Shown in pieces: positions 26,231-39,700 of a stretch of 64,000 nt of DNA. The stretch is taken from contig JALMLS010000270.1 of the NCBI GenBank assembly GCA_038496445.1, forward strand, positions 42,660 to 106,659, written 5' to 3'. The notes beneath the pieces were generated by a model. The model worked only from the letters and a program-made list of their open reading frames with translations, made no database searches and had not been told where the DNA came from. This DNA is from Trichosphaerium sp. ATCC 40318 (lineage: Eukaryota; Protista; Tubulinea). Both the position numbers and the translations under genes were made by a program. Positions within the stretch are counted from its first letter, which is position 1. Each line of letters opens with the position of its first letter.

Positions 26231-28242
26231 ATGTCACGATTCTTTTATGGCGTTCTTGCAGCATTCATAGGTACTGTGTTGATACCATTTAATGGATTAG
26301 GTACATTTAGAATTAATCAATGATAAAAAGGCGGATTATTTAACGGATCTTGGGCTGCTCCTTTGGCATACCTCATAAGGATGTGGAATATTGGTACAGT
26401 GTGGCTAATATACTCGATTAGCGTTACTTTGTGTGCTTGGTTCGTTGCCGGGTTTCAAACGATAGATATAGCAGATGTAAGTGAAAATAAAAATGATTTG
26501 GGAAAAAGAAGCCGAAAAAATACACGTGATGGAAAACTACTTTTACGGATATTTTTTGGCTTTGACACGTGATTTTTTTTTGTTCTAATATATTCATAAG
26601 GCCCTTTCAAGCGCTGTTTCATATGAGGTTGTCATAGCTGTTGTATTCAGTCTTCTGTGGGGCGTAAGCAAGTGAGTATTTTTTTTTTTGCTGTTGATGG
26701 CGATCAAGTTCCTCAGATAATTTCTAGCGTATTTTTCGGAATATCAGTTACTCTAATTGGTCAAAGTCTTACGTACGCCATCGTACTTGGTATAGCATCT
26801 ACACTTGGTACGAGTTACTTGGTCTTTTTTTATTATTATAACTTACTTTTGTTTAAGGGTCATTTCTTCCACTGGTTATATGGAACTCTAGTCATATGCG
26901 TCATCTCGATGGAGTACTCATACTTATAGGACTTGGTAAGTCATCATTTATGCGCAAAAATCATCAACACACAGTGCTTTTCATTTTGCATGACGTTTTA
27001 TTTTCTGTTTTTTGCTACTATTGAATTATTATTGATTCTGTAACAATACGTACATGTATTAATTATGGCAATAGAGATAATGATTATTGCAATTGTACTC
27101 ATAGCTATTGCTGGGAAAGAGAAGGAAACCGAACTAAAAATCCTAGCCTACAAACATGGCCACAACGTGAGTTCATTTTTCTTTATCCAATCCAAGTGTT
27201 CTTACTTTTTTCTCGATTAAAACCTTAGACAACCGATTCAACAGATGTTCATGTTCAGGTACGGTACAAAACACAATCGTGTATTCCAACATTTATTGCT
27301 TCTCTTTAACAATTGCCGAAAAACTCACTGAATGAGTAGACACCATGTCGGCGAGAAATAAGAATGCCCAAACGTTCATTCTATGTTGGCCTCGTTTTAG
27401 CTATTGCTACAAGTATAGGTGCACTAAGCTTTAACTTTGGTATTATTTTTGCAAAATCCATTGGAAAAGAAGTGATACTACAAGGATCACGTGAAGAATT
27501 TGAAAATGCATTGGTAAGAATGACGTGCTTAAGAACGAAAAACAAGCATTGTATTTTCAAGTTTTACAAGTATTGGTTTGTGGATTAGTGGTATCTATAC
27601 TTCTAGTATATTGACCTTATAAATGAAAGCGTCTGTATGTAATTGATAGATACAGACTGTACCTCATTTGAAACCTTGAAATTACAGTGTAAAAACGCGT
27701 TTAAACCAAAAAAGATTCTCATACTACTCCTTCTTGTTTTAGTGTCAAACACCCACTTACTTATACAAAAGCCAATAGCAATAACTGCTGGATTGGGAGG
27801 TATGGTGATGAATATAGCGTATGCTATAATATTAATGACTCAAAATGGTTCTTGGAGAGAACTGTATCTTATTGAAGAACAAAGCAAGTTATGGCAGTGC
27901 TATGTTTTATCTCTTTTGATGGGGGTTCTGTGGTATTTTGCCCAGCTTTTATATGGTATAGGAGCAGCTTTCATCGGTAACCTTGGAACATCAGTTGGTA
28001 AGAGAAGTCTTATATTTCTCCTCCAAAATCACTGCTGTTTTTTTTCTTACTTTTTTCTTGAAGGTTGGGCTATTTTTTTCATTGCAACAATCTTGGCTGG
28101 TCAGTTCTGGGGTGTAGTGTTTGGTGAATGGCGTGAAATTAGCCGTTTCCCTAAAATTATAATGTGTATAGGTGTTGCACTGTTAATTCTTGCTTCTGGA
28201 GCTGTATGCGGTGCCGGGTTTGCAAAAATACAACACTTGTAG
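26231..28242 (+). CDS. rhaT: L-rhamnose:proton symporter (RhaT family, DMT superfamily), intron-containing
   Basis: GGLFNGSWAAP..W....WL, SLLWG..FFGISVTLIGQSLTYAIVLG..LGSFLP, GGMVMNIAYAIILMTQNGSW, LMGVLWYFAQLLYGIGAAFIG..GWAIF..AGQFWGVVFGEWR follow the RhaT motif order. Confidence 0.85.
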
Positions 28243-28731
28243 TTTAATGGTTTTTGTCAATTTCTTTATTATATCAATGCTAAGTGCGCTTCTTGTTTAA
28301 ACTCAAATGCCATTACTAGACTTTTTATCATGAAAGCTAAATGTCCATTGGTAGTTCTAAGAAATCTAACGCCCTTCAACTGTAATGTCACTCTCAGAAA
28401 GGTGAATAGTGAACGCCTGAACGTGCCTTATATCCTGTAACGTGGAGTTCATCAAAAATGTGAATAGTTTGGACAACTGTTAATGCTTTTATACCTTCAT
28501 CTGCAATGCCATAGCACGGATAAGGGTCTATTATATGAACACCAGCAAGTATCTAACAAAACTAGTATCAGAAACACGGCCAATAAGTGACAAACTATTT
28601 TTTTGAGTTGATTTTCGTTTGTGCCTTTGGTTTGCCGCAAAGCTGTGACTGCAGTTGACTTACGATTTTTTTTAACATGTAATTTTGTATCAAAAACAAA
28701 GCTCAGTTCACTTGCTGTTCAATTGAGCATT

Positions 28732-31112
28732 ATGGAAGAAACAACATCAAAAAACTCTGACGACAATTCCATAAATCTCACTAATGAGCCTGAAACAGCT
28801 ACAACAGACTCACTTCATGTTATCAATAATGCTTTGGATAATAGAAGTAGCATAGCTTCTGATGATGGCCATAACTCAGCAACAGACAGATTCGATAAAA
28901 ATTGCCAAGAGGGTACTAATAAAACCTTGAGACCACATTTGCGCTCTTCTAACCACTCGTAGAAGTATTAGATACACAAACCGACCACTACCATGGTAAG
29001 TTAAACGACCTTTAGGGTGTAACTTCAATGCAACCTCAAACTATGAAGGGTGTACCGATTTCATGGTTTGATTTGTTTTACAACACGTGTTAATGGTTAA
29101 TACTATTTCAGGACCCAGAATCGGCAATTGGAACAAACGAGAACCTCTTGTGTTTATTGTAAATGTATCAGGAAGTTCTGTTTATTCAAGTCATATTCCC
29201 GCTTATAAAAGTGCCTGTATTGTTTCTTTTTAATTGTAGGTTAACTTATTTTAGTTACAGGTATTAGTGCTGTTATTTCGGCTCTTGTGTCGATTGTAGA
29301 TGATGATAATGATCAAATAAGGTAAGAACTAGTCAGTTTTTTGTGAGAGCTTATGGCCTTGTAGAGCTGTTACTGCTGGAGAATGTAAGATTGTTTTTTT
29401 GATTGTTGGTCAATTGATCTATATTGTTGTTTCTACTTCTGGTGATACAATAGACCAACTTAGAGATGTGCTATTGCAATACTGTAACTCTCAGTTGTAC
29501 AGTGTTTTAACAAGGGGGTACACACTGTGTTTTTAAGCTAATCAACATGAAACATGTATGAAGTTGTGTTGATGGTGAACTATGAAGCTTGTTATGATCT
29601 CTGTTCCTTTTTTGAATCTTACTTGTTTTGTAGAGTGGAGACAATATACAACAGACTCCCTTACTTTGATATTGTAGGTTTAATAGGAGGTAATGTTATT
29701 GTTGTGAGTGGAGGTTGACAAGATTAAGGCATAAATCTATTTTTTGATGGTATAATAAAAGATACTCAATCTGATACTTCGTACCTGCTCTCTGCTGTTC
29801 GCACTTTACCGCTCCCAACCAGTAAGTATGCAAGATACTTATCAATCTTGCTAAATTTACATAGACGTGAGGGAGATGATAGGTAGTATCTTACAAAAGC
29901 AAACAAACAAAGATGTCTTGTACACAGTTGTTTTTCTCTTTTGTTTTCTTTCTTTGGTCCTTATAAATGCTTAGCTATGGAATGTTAGTTCATGGTAATA
30001 GACTCGTACATGTTAGTATAAGGAAAAGATATGCATTGGAAATTGTTGATATCCACTTGCTCCTCAATTTTATTAAACTGTCCAAAAAGTACAAAAGCCA
30101 CAACAGCCACATCACGGTAGTTATTACTTCTTAGATACAAGGGCGTAGAATATTGGTCACCTATTTGCTTGCCAAAATTTAATGCGAAAGGGTTCTTCTT
30201 TACTTATGTACGATTATATTATTCTGTGTACTGACTGTCACGTACTACAGTGAAAGGAGTCAACACCAATTTACATTATTTTAGATGACATTTCTTACAC
30301 GTGACATATGCTTATTGCTACTCTCAACAAAGTGTGATGGTTTTTATCAAATGAAAAGTGCTAAACAACAGATTATGTCTGGTCTTGTAGCTCAAGGTGT
30401 CTTCGAGAGGTAATGAAACTGTTTTAGTTTTTGTAGTTCTAGATAGCAGCGCCACGTACTTTTCGGTAACTTGACTTGTGTTTACTATGAAGTATTATGC
30501 TACAACTTAACAGTAAATTAATTAACTCTATAATAGCATTGCAAACGCCCTTCCATACTGTGATTATGTTCCTAGTGATATTGGTGTACCTGGGTTATTT
30601 CATTTTTTGTACAAATCAAAAACCAAACAAATGACAAGTCCACTCTTTACTCCACCATATCATACAAAAGAAGCTTTACTACGGTACTACTCACTTCATA
30701 TTAAATTATTGTAATTTACTTATTTATTTAGTGCACAATATTTGTACAAACGCCTCCACTCACGTCTTAACTCGTCAGGTTATCACATGTTTTTTTTTCA
30801 GATTTTGTTTTGAATCAGGTGTTGCGACCAAAAACACGATGTCCATCACCCATATTTTGCTTGAGGGTGGTTAACAATTATGTATAATTTACTTTTATAG
30901 GCAACTACAAAGAAAGAGTCCATTGCAAGAGTTATTACTCAATGGCAACATCTGAAATTTGCGTTGGATTGAAAAGAAATGGATTTGAATTATATGCCAT
31001 ATTCTCACCATTAATGGATAAGCGAGATGTAGTTCATGGTTGTAAAAAGATAGTAACATGGATAAAAACAAGAGAAAAGCGGCTGTTCATTCAAACTTCT
31101 GCAATTTGGTAA
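28732..31112 (+). CDS. MON1: Mon1/SAND-family tri-longin Rab GEF subunit, divergent
   Basis: AVISALVSIVDDDNDQIRAV, LLSAVRTLPL, DIHLLLNF, EYWSPICLPKFNAKGFFFTY, GVPGLFHFLYKS, FELYAIFSPL..WIKTREKRLFI. Confidence 0.85.
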
Positions 31113-31149
31113 GAAATAAAGTTGGTAAAAGTACTTTGTTGTTTAAGAG

Positions 31150-34100
31150 GCATAAATACTCGTTTGAGACACTATCGTTCCACCACTTTTACAGCATAAT
31201 ACTGTACGCTGAGGAAGGTTTTGATAAACTCGGCCATGTGTTGTTGATGAAGGCTATCTGCTATTAATACAAAGACCAACACAAACTATAGCGAGTTCAT
31301 TGGTCAAACACCAGTAGAGCAGTATCGCCAGAAAAAGGATCTTTTGCTTTCAACAAAATTAGGTTTTTTAAACAACTATATCCTGAGCGTCATCTGTCAC
31401 TGTTACACAGTTGTATTTACGTGTGAGATAAGAAGTTGCTTTTTTGTTTGCTGAGTAAACAGTCAATTTCATTTCTTCAGTTTCATTTGATCTCAATGAT
31501 CTTAATAATCCATCAGCAGCATTCCCCTTGCCGTCTTCTCTATGACACGTATTTGTGATGATATGTATCTTATTAGGTGTGCAATAACCAACAAACTTGT
31601 TCAACCAAGCAATCAGTTCTTTACTCGATGTCATTTGAATGACCTATTGTGTAGCAGACAGACTACATATTCGAATGCAATAGCTTGAATAGTCTTGTAT
31701 TGGATATTATAATGCGGTAGTACCTTTGTTTTGATGGTGTGTTTCTCAAGTTTAGCAGCAAGTATTTTGTTTTCCTTTGACAAGTTATCATCAGTTGGCA
31801 CAGACAAGAATTCTTATATCAAAGATTGTATTGTTTGAAAATCCAACACTTCAATGCAAATTTAAGAGTCGTACAATAGTAGAAAAGACAATCAAAAGAG
31901 ATTGTAATGATGGTAAAGAAGGTTTCGAAGGTATGTTGTTGACACGTAATACTTGCAAGCCACATGTATCAAGTGGCCAATGAGGGCATAAACCTAGTGG
32001 CTGGTTTCATGGAACATCTGAAATAACGTTAATTTGATAGAAGTTTTCTCTCGTACAACAAGGACGTGAGCTACAAGATTGCTACTACCTACTTTTTAAA
32101 ACCATATGAGCTCACAAAACAGACTCATCCTGGTTATTTCGGTACGTGCCATCCATGTGATGCAACACAGGAACTAACTTTCACAAAAGGTAAAGGTATT
32201 TACTTCACAATATCCTTCATACGTGACGTACTGGCTAATGATGTGTGACAAAATAAAGGGTCACTATACGCTGAACTGCAAAAGAAACCAGGTGAAAGTA
32301 TACGTTGATTTCTTGGTCATGATGGGAAATCCATATCCTAGTATTCTCAAAGAACCAAGTATGATGGAATCCTCTCTTTGTTATTTGGTATATTAACTTT
32401 TTTGATGTTTCGGTACTTCCTCGCTATCTTGTTTACTATACTCGTACAAATAGCAATGACGACACATCACCATTTGAGCTGAGTTGGAGTGATTCAAAGT
32501 TCCTCATTCTTTGGGTTGTAGAACATATTCCTCGCCCTAATATACTCTATTTGACGTTCCTATTGTTTGAAAAGAACCAATGAGTAAGGAAAAAAATCAA
32601 ATATATCACTTAAAAGTTGTTTTTCTAACGCTATGTTGTCTCACCAGTCTTGGACATTCTGCTATTGGGGCAAAGCAATCAGTTTGTACAGCAGCGGGAT
32701 ATTGTAAAGTTACTGTTCCTTCAATAAGGTATAACTAGTTTTTTATACATTCCTAGATGAAAGGCTGTTTTAGGAAAAACAAAAGCTTTGAAAAAGAAAA
32801 ACTACCTTCCACAAGAAAGGAACAAGTCCACGAACAAGTACCTTAAGAGCATTCCCCTCAAAGAATAGTACTATAATATTAGCGTAAAAGTCTTTTATAA
32901 TCACTGTATTAAGAAAGAGTTTGTAGTTCTATCATGATAGCCTACAAACAGCACAAGTTAAATCAAAGACTATTTCGTTTTTGATGTACATCTTGACTGT
33001 ATTTGCAAGTTATGAAATGTTTCTATAGAAAGGTACTCGGATATATTAAACGCCGTGTATAACAACTATGATTGAACTTGTTCATATTGATGCAAAGATG
33101 TATTAGCAGAAGTTATTGTTGGGAGTTTACGTGTAAGGAATCCGAGAGCGGTATTGAATGCAATATTGTCCATTTCATTGTCAACAATCCTAGGATCACT
33201 TCTGAACTCGTGTTTTTTTGTCATACCAAAGTAGTTGAAGTTCTCAAAGCATCCTCATCTTTATCAACAAGCTTAACTTTTTTCTCTTTTGGAAAACGCT
33301 TCCTATAAATGTTATGGATAATATCTTGGCTTTCAGATGGTGGAGGGATGTATATCATATCAGTAGTTGGTCTTAAAGACATGATAATGTAGCACTTGCA
33401 TCCGTACGGTTTCTGTAGTTCTCGAAACTTCATTACTACTTATCTACTTTTAAAGAACAAGCAACTGTGAGTCTCTTTAGTGCTTCTTCTTCTGTGAGTA
33501 TTGCAACGATAGATTAATTGCCACCATTTATTAACCTCGTTAGATGGTCTGCAGGGCCAACTTACTTCGAAACAATGATATTGGAGCTCCCAGAGCGCGA
33601 ACAATACAAACTCGCTTGATATTATTCCATCCTTGATGTTTCATAATCCTTACGATTTTTTGGGTACAATTTTAGGCCTACATACTATGTCAATGCTATT
33701 GGTATCTAACATTCATCCGCATAACAGTTTCAGAGCCTCTTGAACTACTTACCAATAGCACTAGTTTCGAAGTAGACCATGGTTTCGCGTTCGCTAGACG
33801 TTTCTGATATAAACAAGCCTCAGCATGATATATCGTCATTTAGCTGCTAATACATATATTATCGCCCTGAAGACAGGAAGTTGAACTGAGCAATAGGTAA
33901 TGTACATTATAATAGCACTCAATACAGTACTTAATACCCTTTTAACAGTTCTTCTGGTCTAGGGCTATACGACATACTACAGCAGTTGCCATGGATGAAT
34001 GCTTCCTTTTTTATTTTCTACAAGACGAAATCAATACACGGTCTATCACTTCTCCCTACACCGAAGTTCATAGATGATGACACGTGTCGGCGAATATGGC

Positions 34101-34900
34101 ACCACTTAACCTTTCCATAAGTCTGTAGCATATAATCCAGTACCCAAATCTGCAGCGGTGTATTGAAACACATGTTAACAATACCATTCTGAGTATAAAG
34201 CAGCTCAGGTTTCATAAACGCGAGCGTTTTCGATGCCTATTGTGGTACTTCTTAGGCGCGAGGTTTGTGAAGAGTTGTACTGGCACTCATACGTGCTAGT
34301 CCAGTACAAATGAAAAAGACAGGAATGGATTTTACAGCTAAGTGGAAACAAAGTTAACAAGAGGAGAAAACAAATAACTGCGAATTACAGATTTATTGAT
34401 CTGTTAGAAGCGAACGTATCTTAACAGGAGTTTGTGTCATTGCGCAAGTTAATCTCAGAACATGCTTTGTACACGTACGGTCAAAACAATCGGCGAACAG
34501 AGATCATCACCTCTTTGAGATTGTAGAGTGATGAATCTATGTGCAATAGGCGAAATAAAACTATTCAAATGAAAAATACTGAAAAGAAAATTCATGACTT
34601 TGCTTCTTGTGGAGGAAGACCTAAAGCTGCAACAACATAGGAGTATTAGCTTGAACTCTGTTTGGCTTTTATTGTAGAGGTATCCCATTCGTAGGTGATA
34701 AGGGTTTACTGTTACCTCGTGCAGCTCCGTTGTGGTTTTTTGGTCTTTTCTCCATCTCCCGTCTCTCTTGATACTCTCCTGGCGTCTAGAAACAGGTACC
34801 TTAATTTATTTCTTGTGCAACTTCTTATCTGATATTTTTACAGTAGCACAGCTCTTATTACTAGAAAGCACTGAGTGATCCTTCTTTAAAGGCGCTCTCG
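31150..34900 (-). pseudogene. Decayed multi-exon gene of unknown family; boundaries approximate
   Basis: Exon-like segments with GT-AG boundaries on the minus strand (e.g. 31368-31634, 33221-33433, 34714-34790), interrupted by many in-frame stops. Confidence 0.4.
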
Positions 34901-36791
34901 CGCAAACCACTTATTTTTTGTGAGTTGTTTCTTTTTTGAGGCGCACTAGTCGTTGTAGCGCTTTTTGCAACCAGCTCAATTAGTCCTGAAAACCCTCAGT
35001 TACGCTATAAGATTTCGAATTCGATGTGTTTAGGTAGTCCATACTTCATTATGCATTATTTGCCATGCTCACGCGTTATTATCGAAGTAAGATTGTTCAA
35101 ACACTTTTCTTGCGTAAGCAGATTTATTTAATCACTTTTTAAACTGTGCTGGTGAGAAAAAACGCTGAGAACATTCATTATGAGCCCTTGCTGTTAATGC
35201 GGTAGTCTTTGCTACAAACTTGTTACCGCCGCTGCGGGTTGCTCAATGTACGATAGCGTATACGTCGTTAAAATGAAGAGAATAAAATCTCCAGCGATAA
35301 ACAAAAACAGTTTTCAAAAACTGTAGCAACGTTTTCTTGTATTTTGGCGTCCGGTTCTCGTTTTTTTAACAGTTCTGTCTGGTTACAATAACATTATGAT
35401 AATACCCTTTGCTGGTCGGGGTAAAAAATAGCCCGCAAAAGAGAATTAGCCACTTTCGAGCGACGAAAGTTGAGCGAGGGTTTCGCTAGTATTTGGTGAA
35501 ATATTTGAAAAACCTTTTCGAACGTTTTACACTTTTTTTTCCGCCGTTCGAAACCCTTACATATGCCGTGTAAGGTAGTTACCTTTAGTGACTGTACAGT
35601 GGTTTATAGATGACAATGGTCGTATCTTTACAGTGCTTGTGGTTGGTAAAAATGGCCGAAAAAGCGGGCTAGATAGGTGGCTATACAAATCAGAAATGCG
35701 TATAGTGCAAAGCAACCGACTCAATATTGCTTCTTCTACGGAAACTGCAAGTGTGTAAGTGTTTATTGAAACGGAGGCTACAAACAAGATGAACTGTTTC
35801 TAAAAAGCATCCTTCGTGCGGAATCAATAATTCATTCTGAGTTTGGAAGCCCTCGTGCTTACATAACTGAAGACACGAATTACAGAAAGGACGGTGTCCT
35901 GTTCTAGCGCTTGACATGCCATGTCAATTATACAGCTTGTATTATTTTCACGTTTAGTTTTATGTGGTTGCAATTGTCTAGCATATTTAACGTTAACGAA
36001 TCCTTTATCATGTTCTACAACTTGTACCTCCAACATACTGTATGTGCTTTAATCTCAACACATTTTGCAGAGCATTACACGTGGGTACGTGGTTCTGTTA
36101 TCTTACAGGATTTTACTATACCCTGCGGCTACAGCTCATAGGATGAATCAAAGACTCGTAATCAACATGTCACCTGTAAGTAATATAAGTTAATTTAATA
36201 GATAACTGGTATCGTTTCTACTTGTACATCAGAGGAATAGCGTGATTCTACATCTTAAAACACGTTACTCAGTTGTTTTTGCTTTTCTCTCCAGATTGAC
36301 CATCTAAATATTATACCTCTAAATACACAAAACCAATCAATGCGGTTCTTAGCACAGTTTTCTATCACGTGATAGAATATAGACGCGCAATTTGCATTAT
36401 TTCATATGTCAATTGTATTGAGCTTAGAAGTTGGACAAAGGTGGATATTTCAATGTATGCTGATACTCAAATTACTAATCTTCACTTAGGTCTAACGCAT
36501 CAAGTTCAATTATCTCAACTACACATTAACGGTTATGATGAAACTATCAATTAGAAACAGCCAAGCATCTAGCGATGGAGCAATAGCACTCGTGGTACTT
36601 TCATACGTATCGAAACTATCAGCATAGCTCAGTGCGTTCTATTTCCATTAGTTGTGGACTGAAAGTTAATACCATATTGTAAATAACTACAAATGATATG
36701 ATGAGTTATGAAGAGAACAATGAGCTATAAAATGCTTGTTTATTTGTGTGAGTGTGAGTGAATATTGGCAGCTTGTAGCTGGTAGTGGAGC

Positions 36792-39700
36792 CTACTTGTT
36801 TGTTCTTTCAAGTTGGGCTAGTTTCGCAAGTAGAGTAGTGTTTCTCTCTTGTTCGGCAGTTAGGCTTTCCCTCAAGGCGATATTATGTTGCTTCAGGTTG
36901 GTATTGGTCTTGGATAAGTTGGCGTTATCTTTCTTCAGGGTTTTGATACTTTCTTTACTCATGGCATCGCTTTGTGCTAATTTGACATTGTCTTGCTTCA
37001 GGTCATTGACACTTTCTGTCAATTTGATGATGCATTGTTTAATTGAGTTGTCTCGCTCTAAGTTTGCATTGAGTTGTTGTTGGTTTGTATTGGTTTGTTG
37101 TAAATTATCAAGAAGCTGCTTCATATTCATATTGCGGTGCTTCATGTTCATATTGCTATTCTTTAGTTTGTTCATCTCGTGGTTTGCTTTCTGCAATTCT
37201 ATTTCGAGATTGACATCATTATTAGTTGATTGTTGGTCATCAGTTGAGTCTTCATGAGCAGCCCATAGTTTTCTAGTACAAAAGGTTAAAAAAAAGATGA
37301 AGATATTTTGTGATGTAATTACCGGTTAGAAATAAAATTATCATCATCGTCAGAAAGATCATCATCCGAACCGTCGTTTTCTTCTTTGTTTTGTTTCTTT
37401 GTCTTTTTGCCACCTTTCTTGGATTTTTTTGTTTTGATTCGTTTTTTAATTTGACTATCTTTCAGTACAACTTTGATGATGTAACGAGCAACAGCTTGAT
37501 TATCTGATTTCAAGATAAAATAAATCACAATGATACTATTTCATTTTTATAACGTACCTTGAGCAACAACAAGCTCATCGTATACTGCGTTGGCAAGCTT
37601 ATCTTCTTTGAACGCTCTACCTAATTTATCTACCAATACATAATGACTTTGGTAGCCTGGTTTTATTGGCTGTCCTCTTAACTTGTCGTCTGGGTGTACC
37701 TTTTTGTAAATTAGGTACGACAATAAAATTGTTTACTTACAGGATATACATTGCCAGGAGTGACAAGACTCAAAATAAGTGTTTTCACTCCCTTTACTCC
37801 CTTATCGTACGAACAGGCATATTTTATACTCCGCTGTTGTAAAAACAATGAATAAAAATGTGACGTTGTTATTTGCGTACTGTGAAGTATATCCCTTGGC
37901 CATAGTAACCAGCATCCAAGGCGCTCACAGTCCCGAAACCAGCTTGTACAATACTGTAAGCTGCCTTTTCACTTGTTCCGTGAGCCATCAATATCGCTGG
38001 TAACTACATGTAGGGGTTAGTACAAATAGGTATTTCTACTGAACATTACCTCGTGTTTTGAAGTATCTTTGTTATCGGTACTTGAATCTTTTTGCATTGG
38101 TGTGGCATTGTAAACACTCTCTTTGTACTTTTTGTGGACACTATTTTTCCAAGTCTGCTTTTTAAACAACTTGGGAAGTCCTCTACAAGTACACAATTAG
38201 GCACATTAAAACGGGCTAATTTAGAATAAATGTACTTATGTCTGTGTTGTAGTATTTTGTTGAATCGACCAAAGTTTTCATTCAAGATATCATTGTAAAC
38301 AAGAGTCGCTTCAACAATATTGTAATTGTCATAGCCGTGCATTTTAGACATCTGTTGTTTGAGTATGTTGAATTCTCTGACAGCAACTTTGTCATTTGTA
38401 TCAAGCAGGTTCAGTGTTCTGTAGTCTGTCGCCTTTAAATCAATGCCCCTTTTTTGAAAATAAACTAAAAAAAAACCCCCAAATGGTAATATAAGTTTGA
38501 ACGTACGTGCTTTTAGATCTGTCCCAACTATTTGCAAAATGCAATCTTGGATTTAGATCCCATGAGTTTTTAGCCAAAACTCCTTTGTAGTACATTTAGT
38601 ACTTGTCAAAACAGTGACCTTGTTACCTGCATTGGCATCTTCTAAGTATTCAACATGATTTGTATTACCCCATGCATCATTAGGCATATCATGCAAGATG
38701 CCTTGCATTAATTCTCCATCTTGTTTCCAGAAGTTCTAGTAAGCAAACAGTTACAAAGTTTACATATGATTTACGGATTCGTACTGCAGACAGAGCAACT
38801 TTGGGATCTAATACAGCACAAATTAAATAACAAACACCTTTTTCCATTGCCAGTTTAAAATAAGAACGCGTTGGCTGAAGGTTGTAAGGATTAAAACAAA
38901 TACAGCATTTTCAAAGGTAGCATACCAAGTACCGAAGCCATTTTTCAGGATGCTTAAGATCTTGTTCCCGCTGCTTGAAGTATGCTTTGTATATAGGTGT
39001 CATTTGCATTAATGTGTCGTTTGTGGAGGACACAAAGGATGAACAAGATTTCCACAGTGAATGGCATTGTTTGCCATTTGGACAGAGTTTTAAAAAAGCT
39101 ACAAACGCTTCAACAGATGCTGGAGTATTTGATATCACTTGTTTAAATAACAATAAAAGACAACCTTGCCACTTTTTGTTATCTGGTACAACTAAAACCA
39201 ACTGTTAAATATTGTTGTTTGTTTCAAACAAATAGCATTACAAATGTGAAATTGCAACATACCTAAATAAGCATTGTTTCTATTTTCATCACCAGCGTCC
39301 TTATTTAAATGTGCTTTAAGTAATATTGGTATAATTTCATTCTTTCCTCTTTGTACTAAATAGTAACATTAGTTAAACTTGTATCTCTTTGATGCAACCT
39401 GAACAATGTAAAGCTGAGTTTCCATCTTTATCAACAGCATCAATATTTGCATTTACTTCTATCAGCATTGATACACATGCAAAATCGCCATTTATTGCTA
39501 CAATAATATTGAACATTATCATGGCTAGATATGACATTACCCGCTTTAATTAAAGCTGTGTTTCCACCTTCATCAACAGCATCAATATTGGCGTTGGCAT
39601 TAATTAACATTGATACAACTTCATTGTGTCCTTTTAGTGCTAAATAATACAGTAGTGAGATATGGTACATGTTGTATTTCATCATATCATGTTACCTGCA

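Noticed and set aside
26231-28242. Bacterial contamination as the source of rhaT
   Set aside because: The gene has multiple host-style spliceosomal introns and eukaryotic neighbours.
31150-34900. In-frame stops suggesting stop-codon reassignment; a weak ROC-like segment (KPWSTSKLVLL) near 33750-33800
   Set aside because: Intact genes end in TAA, TGA and TAG with no internal stops, so this is decay. No P-loop or other GTPase motifs support a Roco call.
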